Origin: Thermoplasmata archaeon
GTDB lineage: Archaea > Thermoplasmatota > E2 > JACPAO01 > JAHFTW01
Reading direction: 5' to 3'
Assembly (NCBI GenBank): GCA_034667725.1
Contig: JAXDQS010000003.1
Span: 352,001-416,000, forward strand
Length of the DNA: 64,000 nt
Every line of letters begins with the position of its first letter. Positions within the stretch are counted from its first letter, which is position 1. A program made the position numbers and the translations under genes. Of the stretch, positions 38,780-49,212 are shown piece by piece. The notes under the pieces are model-generated. The model made no database searches. It was not told where the DNA came from and was given only the letters and a program-made list of their open reading frames with translations.

Positions 38780-39913
38780 CTAGCCCTTGAGCAGGTTGTT
38801 CGCGATGACCATCCGCTGGATCTCGCTGGTGCCTTCGTAGATCTCGGTGATCTTGGCGTCACGGAAGTGGCGCTCGACGGGGTAGTCCTTGGTGTAGCCG
38901 TTGCCGCCGTGGATCTGGATGGCCTGCGTCGAGGCCCACATCGCGGTCTCGCTGGCGAACACCTTGGCCATGCTGGCCTCCTTGGAGTAGGGGACCTTGT
39001 CGTCCTTCATGCGGGCGGCGCGGTGGATGAGCAGGCGGGCGGCGTCGATGCGGGTCGCCATGTCCGCGAGCATCCACTGGATGGCCTGGTTGCTGCCGAT
39101 GGGCCGGCCGAACTGCTTGCGCTCCTGGGCGTAGGCGAGGCTGGCCTCGAAGCTGGCGACCGCGATGCCAAGGGCTTGGGAGGCGATGCCGAGGCGGCCG
39201 CCGTCCAGCGTCTTCATGGCGACCTTGAAGCCCTCGCCGACGGGGCCGAGGACGTTCTCCTGGGGCACCTCGACGCCTTCGAAGAACAGCGGGCAGCAGG
39301 GGGCGGCGCGGATGCCGAGCTTGTCCTCGGGCTTGCCGATGCCGAAGCCGGGCGTGCCCTTCTCGACCAGGAAGGCGGTCTGGCCCTTGTGGCCGGCGGC
39401 CTTGTCGGTCTGGGCGAAGACGACGTAGGTCTCGGCGAGGCCGGCGTTGGTGATGAACAGCTTCTGGCCGTCGAGGATCCAGGCGTTGCCGCGCTTGGTG
39501 GCCGAGGTCTGCATCGACACGACGTCGCTGCCGGCGTTGGGCTCGGTGAGGCCGTAGGCGCCGAGCTTCTTGCCCTCCAGCATGGGGCGCAGGTAACGCT
39601 CGTGCTGCTCGGCGTTGCCGTAGGTGTGGATGGGCCAGCCGGAGAGGGAGTTGTTGACGCTGCAGATGACGCCGGTGGCGGCGCACGCCCGCGACAGCTC
39701 CTCGATGGCGATGCAGTAGCTCACCATGTCGGCGCCGGCGCCGCCCAATTCGGCGGGGAAGTTCATGCCCATGAGGCCGAGGCTGCCCATCTCGCCGGCT
39801 AGGCTCGCGTCCCATTGGTGGGTGTCGTCCATCCGCTTGGCTTGCGGCTTGACGCGGCGCTCGGCGAACTCCCGGACCGTCTGACGGATGAGGTCGTGCT
39901 CGGGCGTGTGCAC
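38780..39913 (-). CDS. Acyl-CoA dehydrogenase (short/branched-chain type)
   Basis: [45 protein letters not shown]. Confidence 0.96.
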   Translation of the reverse strand: MHTPEHDLIRQTVREFAERRVKPQAKRMDDTHQWDASLAGEMGSLGLMGMNFPAELGGAGADMVSYCIAIEELSRACAATGVICSVNNSLSGWPIHTYGNAEQHERYLRPMLEGKKLGAYGLTEPNAGSDVVSMQTSATKRGNAWILDGQKLFITNAGLAETYVVFAQTDKAAGHKGQTAFLVEKGTPGFGIGKPEDKLGIRAAPCCPLFFEGVEVPQENVLGPVGEGFKVAMKTLDGGRLGIASQALGIAVASFEASLAYAQERKQFGRPIGSNQAIQWMLADMATRIDAARLLIHRAARMKDDKVPYSKEASMAKVFASETAMWASTQAIQIHGGNGYTKDYPVERHFRDAKITEIYEGTSEIQRMVIANNLLKG

Positions 39914-39937
39914 GGGGGCGGCGACGGGCTCGCGGCT

Positions 39938-40615
39938 TTAGACCTGCGCGGGGCGGCCGATGGGCGCCGGCACGAGGTCCTGCATCTCGGCCACTTGGGC
40001 GTCGGTGTAGTCGCCGAAGGCCACCAGGATGGATTCGCCGTCGCGCAGCTGGGTCTCCAGCACGTCCGCGGGGGCGTGCTCGGCCCAGGCCCAGTCGATG
40101 CCTTGGATCCACGTCCGCAGCACGCCGCCCTGGCCGTCGGTCCAGTTGCCCGTCGAGCCGGTCTGGCTGTGCTGGCCGTACACGCGCAGCGAGGCGGCCT
40201 GGAGGTCCACGTCGGCCACCATGAGGGAGTTGTGGACGTCGACGCAGACGCCGCCCTCGTAATGGAGCTGCGCGGGCCCGAGGGCCGCCGACCCTTGCTC
40301 GGGGCCCGACTGGTGCATGTGGATGGCGAGGCGCATCTTGCCGGTGCCCAGGTCGTAGTAGGGCCGGCCGTGGGCGTCCTTGGGCGCGTTCAGGTCGAGC
40401 ATCCGGGGCGCGCCGTCGTCGCCGGGGAGGAAGACGCGGAAGGTGGCGTGCCCGTGCGCCGGGCAGGCGTCAGGCTCGGCGGGCGCGGCGCGCGTCGCCA
40501 GCGTGGCCTTGGTCGCGGCCGTCGTCGTCCCCGTCGAGGTGGTCTTGGCGCCGGGGGCGGCGCAGCCGGCCAGCACGATGAGGGCAGCCAGGGACAAGGC
40601 GAGGAGGACACGCAT
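39938..40615 (-). CDS. His-motif lipoprotein, paralog 2
   Basis: MRVLLALSLAALIVLAGC; shares PYYDLGTGKMRLAIHMHQSGPEQGS with the 37897 gene. Confidence 0.8.
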   Translation of the reverse strand: MRVLLALSLAALIVLAGCAAPGAKTTSTGTTTAATKATLATRAAPAEPDACPAHGHATFRVFLPGDDGAPRMLDLNAPKDAHGRPYYDLGTGKMRLAIHMHQSGPEQGSAALGPAQLHYEGGVCVDVHNSLMVADVDLQAASLRVYGQHSQTGSTGNWTDGQGGVLRTWIQGIDWAWAEHAPADVLETQLRDGESILVAFGDYTDAQVAEMQDLVPAPIGRPAQV

Positions 40616-40666
40616 GCGCCTGCCACGCCACGGCGGCTTCTTGGACCCCGCGGTCCTGGCGCCGGC

Positions 40667-41854
40667 GTGGACGACGTGCACGCGCCGCTGGGCGACGGCT
40701 CGCCGCTGGCGGAGGCCGCCCTGGAGGCCTACCTCGCCGGGGTCGCGGCCGTCGACCCCACCGTCCTGGTGCGCGGCGCCGTCCGCCAAGGCCTGCTCGA
40801 CGACTGGCTGGTGTCGCGCGAGCGGCCGCACGCCCTCCAAGTCCTCGCCCTTGGGAAGGCCGCGCCGCGGATGCTGTGGGGCCTCGTCGAGACCGCGGTG
40901 CCGTTCTTCGGCTTGGGTGTGGCCCCGCGTGGCGTCCCGGCCCCGACGGTGGACACGTTCCGCTGGCTGCCCGGCGACCACCCGGTCCCCGCCGCCGCCT
41001 CGTTCGCCGCCGGCCAGGCCGTCCTCGACTGGGCCGCCGCGCTTCCCAACGACGCCCCGGTCCTGGTCCTGCTGTCGGGAGGCGCCAGCGCCTGCGCCGA
41101 GGCGCCCGCCGACGGCTGGGCCCCGGCCGAGGTGGCTGCGCTCCACACGCTGTTGCTGGCCTCCGGCAAGCCCATCGAGGCCGTCAACCGGGAACGCGCC
41201 GCCGCGTCGCGCCTCAAGGCCGGCGGCCTCGGCCGCGCCCTGCTGGCGCGCACGCCCCGGGTCCGCGTCTGGCTCCTCGCCGACACCGACCCCGCCCACG
41301 CGCAGGCGGCGGTCGGGTCGGGCCCGTGCGACGCGCCCGGCGTGCCCCATCGCGTCCTCGCCTCGGCCAGCGAGGCCATCGTCGGCGCCGGCCTCCGGCT
41401 CGGCGCCCTCGGCTGGCAGGCCTACCGCCACGCGCCGCGCGTCGAAGGCGACGCCGCGGCCGCGATGGAGGGGTTCCTCGCGGCGCTCGACGCGCTGCCG
41501 GCCGACCGCGACGTGGCGCTCGTCGGCGGCGGCGAGGCCACGGTGCAGGTCCCGCCCGGGGCGCCGCCCGGCGGGCGCTGCCAGCACGCAGCACTCGCCG
41601 CCGCCCGCGGCCTGGCGGCGCGCGGCTCCGAGGCGCTGGTGCTGTGCGGCGCCACCGACGGCGTCGACGGCGCCGGCGCGGCCGGCGCGTGGGCCAGCGC
41701 GCGCGACTGGGACGAGGCGGCCGGCACGGCCGCCCTCGCCCACGGCGCCGCGCAAGGCTACCTGGCGGCGCGCGGGCGGCTGATCCCTGCGGACCCGACC
41801 GGGACGAACGTCAACGACCTGTGGATCGCGCTCAGGCCAGGCCGGCGCCGCTGA
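40667..41854 (+). CDS. Glycerate kinase type-2 (DUF4147/MOFRL), divergent
   Basis: ALGKAAPRM, DHPVP, LLSGGASA, GGGEATV, GGRCQH, ATDGVDG, TGTNVND. Confidence 0.88.
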   Translation: MDDVHAPLGDGSPLAEAALEAYLAGVAAVDPTVLVRGAVRQGLLDDWLVSRERPHALQVLALGKAAPRMLWGLVETAVPFFGLGVAPRGVPAPTVDTFRWLPGDHPVPAAASFAAGQAVLDWAAALPNDAPVLVLLSGGASACAEAPADGWAPAEVAALHTLLLASGKPIEAVNRERAAASRLKAGGLGRALLARTPRVRVWLLADTDPAHAQAAVGSGPCDAPGVPHRVLASASEAIVGAGLRLGALGWQAYRHAPRVEGDAAAAMEGFLAALDALPADRDVALVGGGEATVQVPPGAPPGGRCQHAALAAARGLAARGSEALVLCGATDGVDGAGAAGAWASARDWDEAAGTAALAHGAAQGYLAARGRLIPADPTGTNVNDLWIALRPGRRR

Positions 41855-43010
41855 GGCAGTCGGCCTCGTTGGCGGCGGCCTGCGCGCACCAGGCGCGGCG
41901 GGCGCCGTCGTCGGTCTCCAGCACGGACAGCATGGCGCCGACGGCGCGCCAGCAGGTGGCGCGGCTGGCGGTCGGTGTCGTGGGGCAGAACGCGAAGCCG
42001 GGCGCGACGTCGCCGGCGTAGTTGACCATCTCCTGCGCCGCGCCGTAGATGCAGTCCGGGACGTAGGGCTCGGAGCCTTGGCCGCACTGCTGGAGGATTT
42101 GCGGACCGTCGCGCAAAGTGCGGCCCGAGATGTCGCGGCCCATGGACTGGTAACACAGCCGGACGTATTCTTCGGGGGCGCCGTCGCAGGTGGCGAACGC
42201 CTCCGTGAGGCCGAAGCCCTGCTGAAGGACGGCGGAGGACTGGAGGAACCAGCAGGTGCGCTGGTGGCGCGGCTCCACGACGTCGCAGGGATAGCTCAGG
42301 TCGTCGGGCTTGAGGCGGACCCAGGTCGAGGCGTTGCCGTGGTGATGGTGGTCCGCCACCATGGTCTCGCCCATGATGTTCTCCATGAAGGCGCCGCCGT
42401 GGCACGAGTCCTGGTGGCCGCCGTCGCCCAACAGGTCGCACCACGCCAAGGCCTGGGGCAGGTCGTGGCCGGCCACCATCGTGAGCCCGTGGCCGAGGCC
42501 GTGCAGGCACTGGAACTGCCGGTTCCAGCCGCCGTCGGGGGTGCACAGGCCGGCGACGTCCGCGGCGGCCGCGGGCGGGCCCTGCCGGCCGAAGTGCGCC
42601 TCCAGCACGCCGTGGAAGCAGCCGGACGCCATGTTGAACGGGCACACCGCCAGCGCCGCCGTGGTGTTCGGGTAATGGTCGATGCTCGCCCGGCCCAGGT
42701 CGTGGGCAAGCTGGTGGTCCTGCGGCCGCAGCGACGCGTCGGCCTGCGTCGTCTCGGCCAGCAGGCGGAACGCCTCCGGCGAGCCGCGCACGGCCAGCAC
42801 CCGCTCGGCCTCCTGGAGCACGCAGCCCTGCAGGTCGGGCTGCGGGCGGCAGAACGCCAGCAGCTCCGCAGCCCTTGCGTGCAAGGGGCCGGCGTCGGCG
42901 GCGTCAGCGTCCGGGCCGGCCGAGCGATCGGGGTCGGCCGCAGGCGCCGCGGGCCAGAGCAGCCCGACGGCCAACGCGAGGCCGGCCACGACGACGCCGA
43001 CCCGGGACAC
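41832..43010 (-). CDS. Secreted Cys/His-repeat protein
   Basis: N-terminal hydrophobic signal; HQLAHDLG, GCFHG, CLHGLGHG, CHGGAFMEN. Confidence 0.8.
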   Translation of the reverse strand: MSRVGVVVAGLALAVGLLWPAAPAADPDRSAGPDADAADAGPLHARAAELLAFCRPQPDLQGCVLQEAERVLAVRGSPEAFRLLAETTQADASLRPQDHQLAHDLGRASIDHYPNTTAALAVCPFNMASGCFHGVLEAHFGRQGPPAAAADVAGLCTPDGGWNRQFQCLHGLGHGLTMVAGHDLPQALAWCDLLGDGGHQDSCHGGAFMENIMGETMVADHHHHGNASTWVRLKPDDLSYPCDVVEPRHQRTCWFLQSSAVLQQGFGLTEAFATCDGAPEEYVRLCYQSMGRDISGRTLRDGPQILQQCGQGSEPYVPDCIYGAAQEMVNYAGDVAPGFAFCPTTPTASRATCWRAVGAMLSVLETDDGARRAWCAQAAANEADCLSGAGLA

Positions 43011-43141
43011 CGCATCCACGCCGACCCATGGGCGGGCCGCTCTTGGACCCTGCGACGGCGGCCTCCGCGCCCCCGCTTGCGCCCGCGGCAGCCGCCGTGG
43101 CAAAGCCAAAACGTGCCGCGGCGAACGCCTGGACGCGAGCC

Positions 43142-44032
43142 ATGTCCGCAGCGCAAGCAGTCGATCCGTTCCCGTACGGCCGCGATCCCTGGTGGGGCAA
43201 GGCGCTCATCCTCACCATCGTCATCCTGCCGCTGTTCGCCCTCGCCTACGCGGCGTGGCGCTGGTGGGGCCACGGCGTCACCGGCCTCGAGGTCGGCCTC
43301 CTGCTCGGCCTGTGGGCCTTCACGGGGCTCGGCATCTCGGTCGGCTTCCACCGCATGGTGACCCACCGCGCCTTCGTCGCCAAGCCCGCCGCGCGCGCCG
43401 TCCTGCTCTTGGCCGGCACCATGGCGGTCGAGGGCCCGCCCTCCGGCTGGGCGGCGACCCACCTGCGCCACCACGCCATGGCCGACCGCGACGGCGACCC
43501 GCACAGTCCGCTCGAAGGGTTCTGGCACGCGCACTTCGCCTGGATGCTGCGCGACCGCATGGTGCACGGCGGCCTGGCGCACGACAAGCTGATGCGCGAC
43601 CCCGTGGTGGCGTTCTTCTCGCGCACCTGGATCTTCTGGACCTTCCTCTCGTTCCTGCTGCCCGCCCTCGTCGGGCTCGCCGTCCACGGGACCTTCTGGG
43701 GCATGGTGGACGCCTTCGTCTGGGGCGGCCTGCTGCGGATTTTCCTGCTGCACCACACCACCTGGGCCGTCAACTCCATCGGCCACATGTTCGGCACCCG
43801 CCCCTACCGAAGCCCCGACCGGGGGGCCAACAACGCCATCGTCGCCGTGCTGGGCTGGGGCGAAGGCTGGCACAACAACCACCACGCCTTCCCGCGCGCC
43901 GCCTACATCGGGATGCGCTGGTACGAGTTCGACCCCGGCCGCTGGGTCATCCAGCTCCTCAAGGCCTTGGGCCAAGTCGAGCATGTTTGGAACCCGACGC
44001 CGGAGGAGCGGGCGCAAAGGCTGCGGGCGTGA
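43142..44032 (+). CDS. Delta-9-type membrane fatty-acid desaturase
   Basis: His boxes HRMVTH, HLRHH, HNNHH; DPHSP; GEGWHNNHH. Confidence 0.93.
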   Translation: MSAAQAVDPFPYGRDPWWGKALILTIVILPLFALAYAAWRWWGHGVTGLEVGLLLGLWAFTGLGISVGFHRMVTHRAFVAKPAARAVLLLAGTMAVEGPPSGWAATHLRHHAMADRDGDPHSPLEGFWHAHFAWMLRDRMVHGGLAHDKLMRDPVVAFFSRTWIFWTFLSFLLPALVGLAVHGTFWGMVDAFVWGGLLRIFLLHHTTWAVNSIGHMFGTRPYRSPDRGANNAIVAVLGWGEGWHNNHHAFPRAAYIGMRWYEFDPGRWVIQLLKALGQVEHVWNPTPEERAQRLRA

Positions 44033-44033
44033 G

Positions 44034-44440
44034 CCGCCGACTGGACCCGGATTCCACAGAGTTCTGTGGGAATCTTCCGAATCTGAGGGAATCAGTGCCC
44101 GTCGCGGGGTCGCCGACCGAACAAAGATTCCGCAGAGGTCTGCGGGAATCTTCCGACTCTGAGCGAATCGGTGCCCGTCGGGTGGCCGACGCACACAGAT
44201 TCCACAGACCCTGACTTTGGTTCTGGCGGGGCCTAGCCAAAAAATTCCACAGATCTCTGTGGGAATCTTCCGAATCTGGGAAAATCAGTGCCCGTCGCGG
44301 GCCACCGACTGGACACAGGTTCCGCAGAGTTCTGTGGGAATCTTCTCAATCTGTGCGAATCAGTGCTCGTGGCGGGGCCGCCGGCTGGACGCAGATTCCA
44401 CAGAGTTCTAGAGGAGTCCGCCGAGGGAACCGAGACGAGC
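44034..44440. repeat. Mosaic palindromic repeat cluster E (largest)
   Basis: Four to five core units plus invariant module at 44197-44243. Confidence 0.92.
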
Positions 44441-44447
44441 GTGGACC

Positions 44448-44786
44448 CTAACGCCAGGTCGAGTAGCGGTCCATGATGCCCAGGATCCGCTGCTGCGTGG
44501 CGGGGTCGACCGCCTTCTCCTTGACCTTCTCCATGAGCCAGACCTTCGCCTCGGTGACGGCGTCGCGCGAGCCCTTGGCCCACAGCGTCTGGATGAGCGA
44601 GTTGTGCAGCTCCACGGCCACGGGGGAGGCCTTCAGGATGTCCTGCAGGTCGTACTTGAAGTAGTTCGCCTTCGACTGGTCCAAGAGCTTCTCCCGCTGG
44701 CGCGACTCGCGGGTGTTCTTGTTCGTCTGGTTGTGCTTGGGCGCCCGCGGCGTGCCCGGCACTTGCGGGACCCGCGGCGCGCGCAT
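44448..44786 (-). CDS. Hypothetical protein (112 aa)
   Basis: MRAPRVPQ...AKGSRDAVTEAK...DRYSTWR; host-like codon bias. Confidence 0.8.
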   Translation of the reverse strand: MRAPRVPQVPGTPRAPKHNQTNKNTRESRQREKLLDQSKANYFKYDLQDILKASPVAVELHNSLIQTLWAKGSRDAVTEAKVWLMEKVKEKAVDPATQQRILGIMDRYSTWR

Positions 44787-44891
44787 CCGGCGTGCCACGC
44801 CTTCCCCTGAACGGCGCAAGCATATCGCCGTGCCGGTGAGGCCATCGTCTGCTGCCTTGGCGCGACAATGCTGCTTATCTGGAGCGCTCCC

Positions 44892-46157
44892 ATGGCAAAG
44901 TCCGTGCCCAAGGCGGTCGCGTCCGGCCTGCTGGAAGAAGGCGTCCGCCGCATCGCGTGGGCGCGCACCCACATGCAGGTGCTGGCGGCCATCCGCGCGC
45001 GCTTCGCCGAGGAGCAGCCGTTCGCGGGCCTTCGGGTCGGCATGGCGCTGCACGTCGAGGCCAAGACCGCGAACCTTGCCCTCGCGCTCCAAGAAGGTGG
45101 CGCCGACGTGCGCCTGGCCGGCTGCAACCCGGAGTCCACGGACGACCGGGTCGTGGCCGCCCTCAACGAGCACCACGGCCTTGCCACCATGGCGCACAAG
45201 GGCCAGGACCGCAAGGCCTACTACGCCGCGCTGGACTGGGTCCTCGACCACAAGCCGCACTTGGTGATCGACGACGGCGGCGACCTCGGCTTCCTGGCGC
45301 ACACCCGCCGCACCGACGCCCTGAAGCACCTCAAGGGCGGCGCGGAGGAGACCACCACCGGCGTGATGCGCTTCAAGGCCATGCACGCGGAGGGCAAGCT
45401 CCAGGTGCCCATCCTGAACGTCAACGACGCCCAGATGAAGCACCTGTTCGACAACCGCTACGGCACCGGCCAGAGCACCTTCGACGGCCTGTTCACGGCC
45501 ACCAACCTGCTCATCGCGGGCAAGAACATCGTCGTGGCCGGCTACGGCTGGTGCGGCAAAGGCATCGCGATGCGCGCCAAGGGGCTCGGCGCCACCGTCA
45601 CCGTCACCGAGGTGGACCCCGTCAAGGCCATCGAGGCCCGGCTGGACGGCCACCAGGTGGCCCCCATGCTGGAGGCGTGCGCCCACGCCGACTTCATCGT
45701 CACCGCCACCGGCTGCAAGGACGTCGTCGCCGAGAAGCATCTTGGGAAACTGAAGGACGGCTGCGTGCTGGCCAACGCGGGGCACTTCAACAACGAGGTC
45801 AGCCTCACGGCGCTCCAGGCCCGCAGCAAGTCCGCCAAGACCGTCCGCGCCGGCGTCACCGAGTACCTGCAGGCCGACGGCCGCCGCCTCTACCTGGTCT
45901 CCGACGGCCGCCTCGTCAACCTCGCCAGCGGGCAGGGCCACCCCGTCGAGATCATGGACATGAGCTTCAGCATCCAAGCCCTTGGCCTGGAGCACCTCGC
46001 GCTGCACCACAAGCAGCTCGCGCCCGGCGTCCACGACATCCCGCCGCACATGGACCTTGACGTCGCCCGCCTCAAGCTCGCCACCCTCGGCCTGCGCATC
46101 GACACGCTCACCAAGGACCAGACCGCCTACCTCAGCACTTGGGAGCATGGCACGTGA
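44892..46157 (+). CDS. ahcY: Adenosylhomocysteinase
   Basis: LHVEAKTA, DDGGDL, EETTTG, FDNRYGTGQS, GYGWCGKG, GHPVEIMDMSF. Confidence 0.97.
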   Translation: MAKSVPKAVASGLLEEGVRRIAWARTHMQVLAAIRARFAEEQPFAGLRVGMALHVEAKTANLALALQEGGADVRLAGCNPESTDDRVVAALNEHHGLATMAHKGQDRKAYYAALDWVLDHKPHLVIDDGGDLGFLAHTRRTDALKHLKGGAEETTTGVMRFKAMHAEGKLQVPILNVNDAQMKHLFDNRYGTGQSTFDGLFTATNLLIAGKNIVVAGYGWCGKGIAMRAKGLGATVTVTEVDPVKAIEARLDGHQVAPMLEACAHADFIVTATGCKDVVAEKHLGKLKDGCVLANAGHFNNEVSLTALQARSKSAKTVRAGVTEYLQADGRRLYLVSDGRLVNLASGQGHPVEIMDMSFSIQALGLEHLALHHKQLAPGVHDIPPHMDLDVARLKLATLGLRIDTLTKDQTAYLSTWEHGT

Positions 46158-47095
46158 CCACGGTCGCCCCCGCCGCCTTCCTCGCCGTCTGCGGCCACAC
46201 CAACCTCGACGTCCACCTCCAGGTGCAGGACCTGCCGCGGCCCGGCCAGTCCGTCCCCGTGCTGGAGCGCCGCACCCTGTGGGGCGGCACCGCGGCCAAC
46301 ATCGCCCGCCAAGCCGCCGGCCTCGGCGTGCCGACCCGGATGTGGAGCCGCGTCGGCGACGACTTCCCCGCCGCCTGGCGCCAAGCCTTGGCGGACGAGG
46401 GCGTAGACCTCGCGTTCCTGGAGACGGTGCGCGGCGGCCGCACCCCGACCTGCTTCATCCTCACCGACCTGCTGGACCGGCAATGCTACGCCATCGACCA
46501 GGGCCCCATGGCGCGCATGGAGGAGGCCCCCATCGGCAAGGAGTTCCTCAACGGCCTCCCCGACGGCGCGTGGCTGCACGTCAGCACCGGCAACCCCATC
46601 GCCTACGCCCAGGTGGCGCACGCCGCCCGCGACTCCGGCCTGCACGTCGGCTTCGACCCCGGCCAGGAGATGCGCTTCCAGTACGACACCCGCAGCTTCG
46701 AAGGCCTCCTCGACACCGCCGAGGTGTTCTTCTGCAACGAGGAGGAGCTCCGCGTCGCCTGCGACTTCCTGAGCTACGGCGACCCCGTCCAGTTCCTCGA
46801 CCACGTCGACGCCGTCGTCGTCACCCGCGCCGCCAAGGGCGCCAGCCTGTACCGGTCGGGCAAGAAGGCCGTGACCGTCCCCGCGTTCCCCACCCGCGTC
46901 GTCGACCCCACCGGCGCCGGTGACGCCTTGCGGGCCGGCTGGTACGCCGCGTTGCGCGCCGGCAAGGGCATGGAGGAGGCGCTGCGCTGGGGCAACGCCG
47001 CCGCCGCGCTCAAGCTGCCGCACATGGGCGGGCAGGAGCACGTCCTCCGGATGCCCGAGATGGCGCGGCTGCTGGAGAAGGAGACGCTGGCGTAG
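46154..47095 (+). CDS. PfkB family nucleoside/carbohydrate kinase
   Basis: GGTAANIA, FDPGQ, VDPTGAGDA; GTG start overlaps the ahcY stop. Confidence 0.92.
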   Translation: MTTVAPAAFLAVCGHTNLDVHLQVQDLPRPGQSVPVLERRTLWGGTAANIARQAAGLGVPTRMWSRVGDDFPAAWRQALADEGVDLAFLETVRGGRTPTCFILTDLLDRQCYAIDQGPMARMEEAPIGKEFLNGLPDGAWLHVSTGNPIAYAQVAHAARDSGLHVGFDPGQEMRFQYDTRSFEGLLDTAEVFFCNEEELRVACDFLSYGDPVQFLDHVDAVVVTRAAKGASLYRSGKKAVTVPAFPTRVVDPTGAGDALRAGWYAALRAGKGMEEALRWGNAAAALKLPHMGGQEHVLRMPEMARLLEKETLA

Positions 47096-47155
47096 CCGCC
47101 CCATTCGATTCCGATCAGCCAATGCCGTTAAGCCGCCCCCGGCCGGCTCCCCCGC

Positions 47156-48697
47156 ATGGCAAGCCTGGGCGCGTTCGGCCAGTTCCTTCTCGACGGCGAG
47201 GCCCGGCTGCAGGAGTCCGCCCGCAAGGCGGCGCCCGCCATCGGCCCCATCCTGCGCAACGGCAGCGGCAACGACCTGCGAGACTGGATGCGCAAGGTCT
47301 ACGCTGATGCCTATGGCTCCGGCCATGCCTTCGTCCAAGCGCTCGCGCAGCCGGGCGTGAACTACTACCGCATCGACTCCGCCAAGGCCATCCAGTATCC
47401 CTTCGCCCCCGCCGCCCGGCCGCTCATCCTGTTCCTCGCCAACCAGGCCGACTGTCCACCAACCCGATTCGCATGGGAGGCCACGGCCGAGGAGCGGTTC
47501 CGCGAATACATGGGATGCGGCCCAGGCCCGTTCGCGGCCGCCGTGGCCCAAGGCCTTTTGCTCCCCACCGTCGGCCCGATGCGTCCCGACGGCAAGCCCG
47601 GCTACACGGGACCGTTCATGCGAGGCCTGTTCCAGCGCCTGGCCGCCTTGGACGACCGGACTTGGCCCGTCTCCGCGAACGTGCTGGACATGCTGGGCCT
47701 GCGGCCGGGCCGCCACGCTCGCCGCTGGGCCGGCGCCCTCGACGCCATCGGCAAGCGGCACCCCCGTCTCCTGGAGGACCGCTACACCCACCGAATCCTT
47801 GGCGAGGACAGCACGCTGGCGCCCGTGGTCCCCCGTGCCTACCTGAAGGAGCGGGCGCCGTGGTTCGACCTCGCCATGCCCGACACGCCGCGCGCCGTTT
47901 TTGACGTCCAGCTCCGGCAGCTGCGGCGCGAGCCGGGCCCCAAGCGGTTGGCGCGACTGATGGATTCCGCCTTCGTGCTGCACCATCTCTACGCTGCTCC
48001 CGCCTACTACTCGAAGGGCCCCTCCATCCGGGTCAGTGGCCGCGACCTGGGCCACTGGGTCTCGGTCCTGCAGCAGGCAGGCCAGGCCTTGGACGAGGAG
48101 GCCCGCCGCCACCGGGATGCCAAAGAGCGGCTGGAGCATGCCCGGAACGCCCTCGACACCGTGGCGCAGCATCTGCCTGCGGTCGTCGTGGGAGGCATCG
48201 AGGGCGTCGGCCGCCGAGCCGGCCGGCGGTTCGAGCGCCACATTCCCCAGTGCCTCTCCGACGACCGGATGGAGGCCATCCTCGACGCCCTGGACCGGAT
48301 CGGCGGGCCGCCTGACCCGGAGGCGGCCGCCGCGCACCAGGACGCCCAGAAGGTCTTCATCGAGCGGCCTCCCGGCAAGGAGCCGGACATGGCGCGGCTC
48401 CAGCGCTCCGTCGAGGCGCTCAACGACACCATTGGCGGCCTGGACGCCTGGAAGAGCCGCTTCGACTTCGCGCGGCGGGAACGGGTCCGGGCCACGGTCC
48501 AGGTCGGCGGCACCGTGCCCGCCCTTGCGATGCCCGCCCTCAAGCCCGCCCTTCGCATCCTGGACTCGGCCTGGTTGGCAGCCAACAAGCTCCGCCACGC
48601 CCAGGCGCCCAAGGACGGCGCAGGCAGCAATCCGAACCTGCAGCTCGGCCTTGACTACCTCCAGACGCCGCCAGGCGACCCGTTCGTGCGGGCCTAG
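47156..48697 (+). CDS. Hypothetical protein (513 aa), no recognised motifs
   Basis: Long ORF filling the gap; TTAAG box about 28 nt upstream. Confidence 0.7.
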   Translation: MASLGAFGQFLLDGEARLQESARKAAPAIGPILRNGSGNDLRDWMRKVYADAYGSGHAFVQALAQPGVNYYRIDSAKAIQYPFAPAARPLILFLANQADCPPTRFAWEATAEERFREYMGCGPGPFAAAVAQGLLLPTVGPMRPDGKPGYTGPFMRGLFQRLAALDDRTWPVSANVLDMLGLRPGRHARRWAGALDAIGKRHPRLLEDRYTHRILGEDSTLAPVVPRAYLKERAPWFDLAMPDTPRAVFDVQLRQLRREPGPKRLARLMDSAFVLHHLYAAPAYYSKGPSIRVSGRDLGHWVSVLQQAGQALDEEARRHRDAKERLEHARNALDTVAQHLPAVVVGGIEGVGRRAGRRFERHIPQCLSDDRMEAILDALDRIGGPPDPEAAAAHQDAQKVFIERPPGKEPDMARLQRSVEALNDTIGGLDAWKSRFDFARRERVRATVQVGGTVPALAMPALKPALRILDSAWLAANKLRHAQAPKDGAGSNPNLQLGLDYLQTPPGDPFVRA

Positions 48698-48747
48698 CCG
48701 CCGCCACCCCCACAACCTTCATCCCACCCTCCCAAGTCGCGCCCTCC

Positions 48748-49212
48748 ATGGCACTCCAGACCGGCCAGAAGCTCCAGGACTTCACCCTCAAGTTGGCGAC
48801 CAAGGACGGGGCGCAGGAGTTCACCCTGAGCCAGCACCTTTGGCAGGGCCCGCTGGTGATCGGGTTCTTCCCGCTCGCCTTCAGCGGCACCTGCACGAAG
48901 GAGATGTGCGAGTTCCGCGACACGCTCGACAAGTTCGGCGGCCTCGGCGCCAAGGTGGTCGGCTTCAGCACCGACTCCCACTTCACCAACATCCACTTCG
49001 CCAAGGAGCACGGGCTGCCGCTGGGCATCCTGTCCGACCCGAACCGCGAGGTCGTGGGCAAGATTTGGCAGACGATGGAGGTCGCGGGCGTCAAGAACGT
49101 GGCCAAGCGCGGCGTGATGGTGCTGGACGCCGACGGGACCGTGAAGTGGACCAGCGTGTCCGACGACCCGAAGGTCTGGATCGGCACCGACGAAGTGCGC
49201 AAGCACCTCTAG
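48748..49212 (+). CDS. Peroxiredoxin, BCP/PrxQ-AhpE-like
   Basis: FFPLAFSGTCTKEMC. Confidence 0.9.
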   Translation: MALQTGQKLQDFTLKLATKDGAQEFTLSQHLWQGPLVIGFFPLAFSGTCTKEMCEFRDTLDKFGGLGAKVVGFSTDSHFTNIHFAKEHGLPLGILSDPNREVVGKIWQTMEVAGVKNVAKRGVMVLDADGTVKWTSVSDDPKVWIGTDEVRKHL

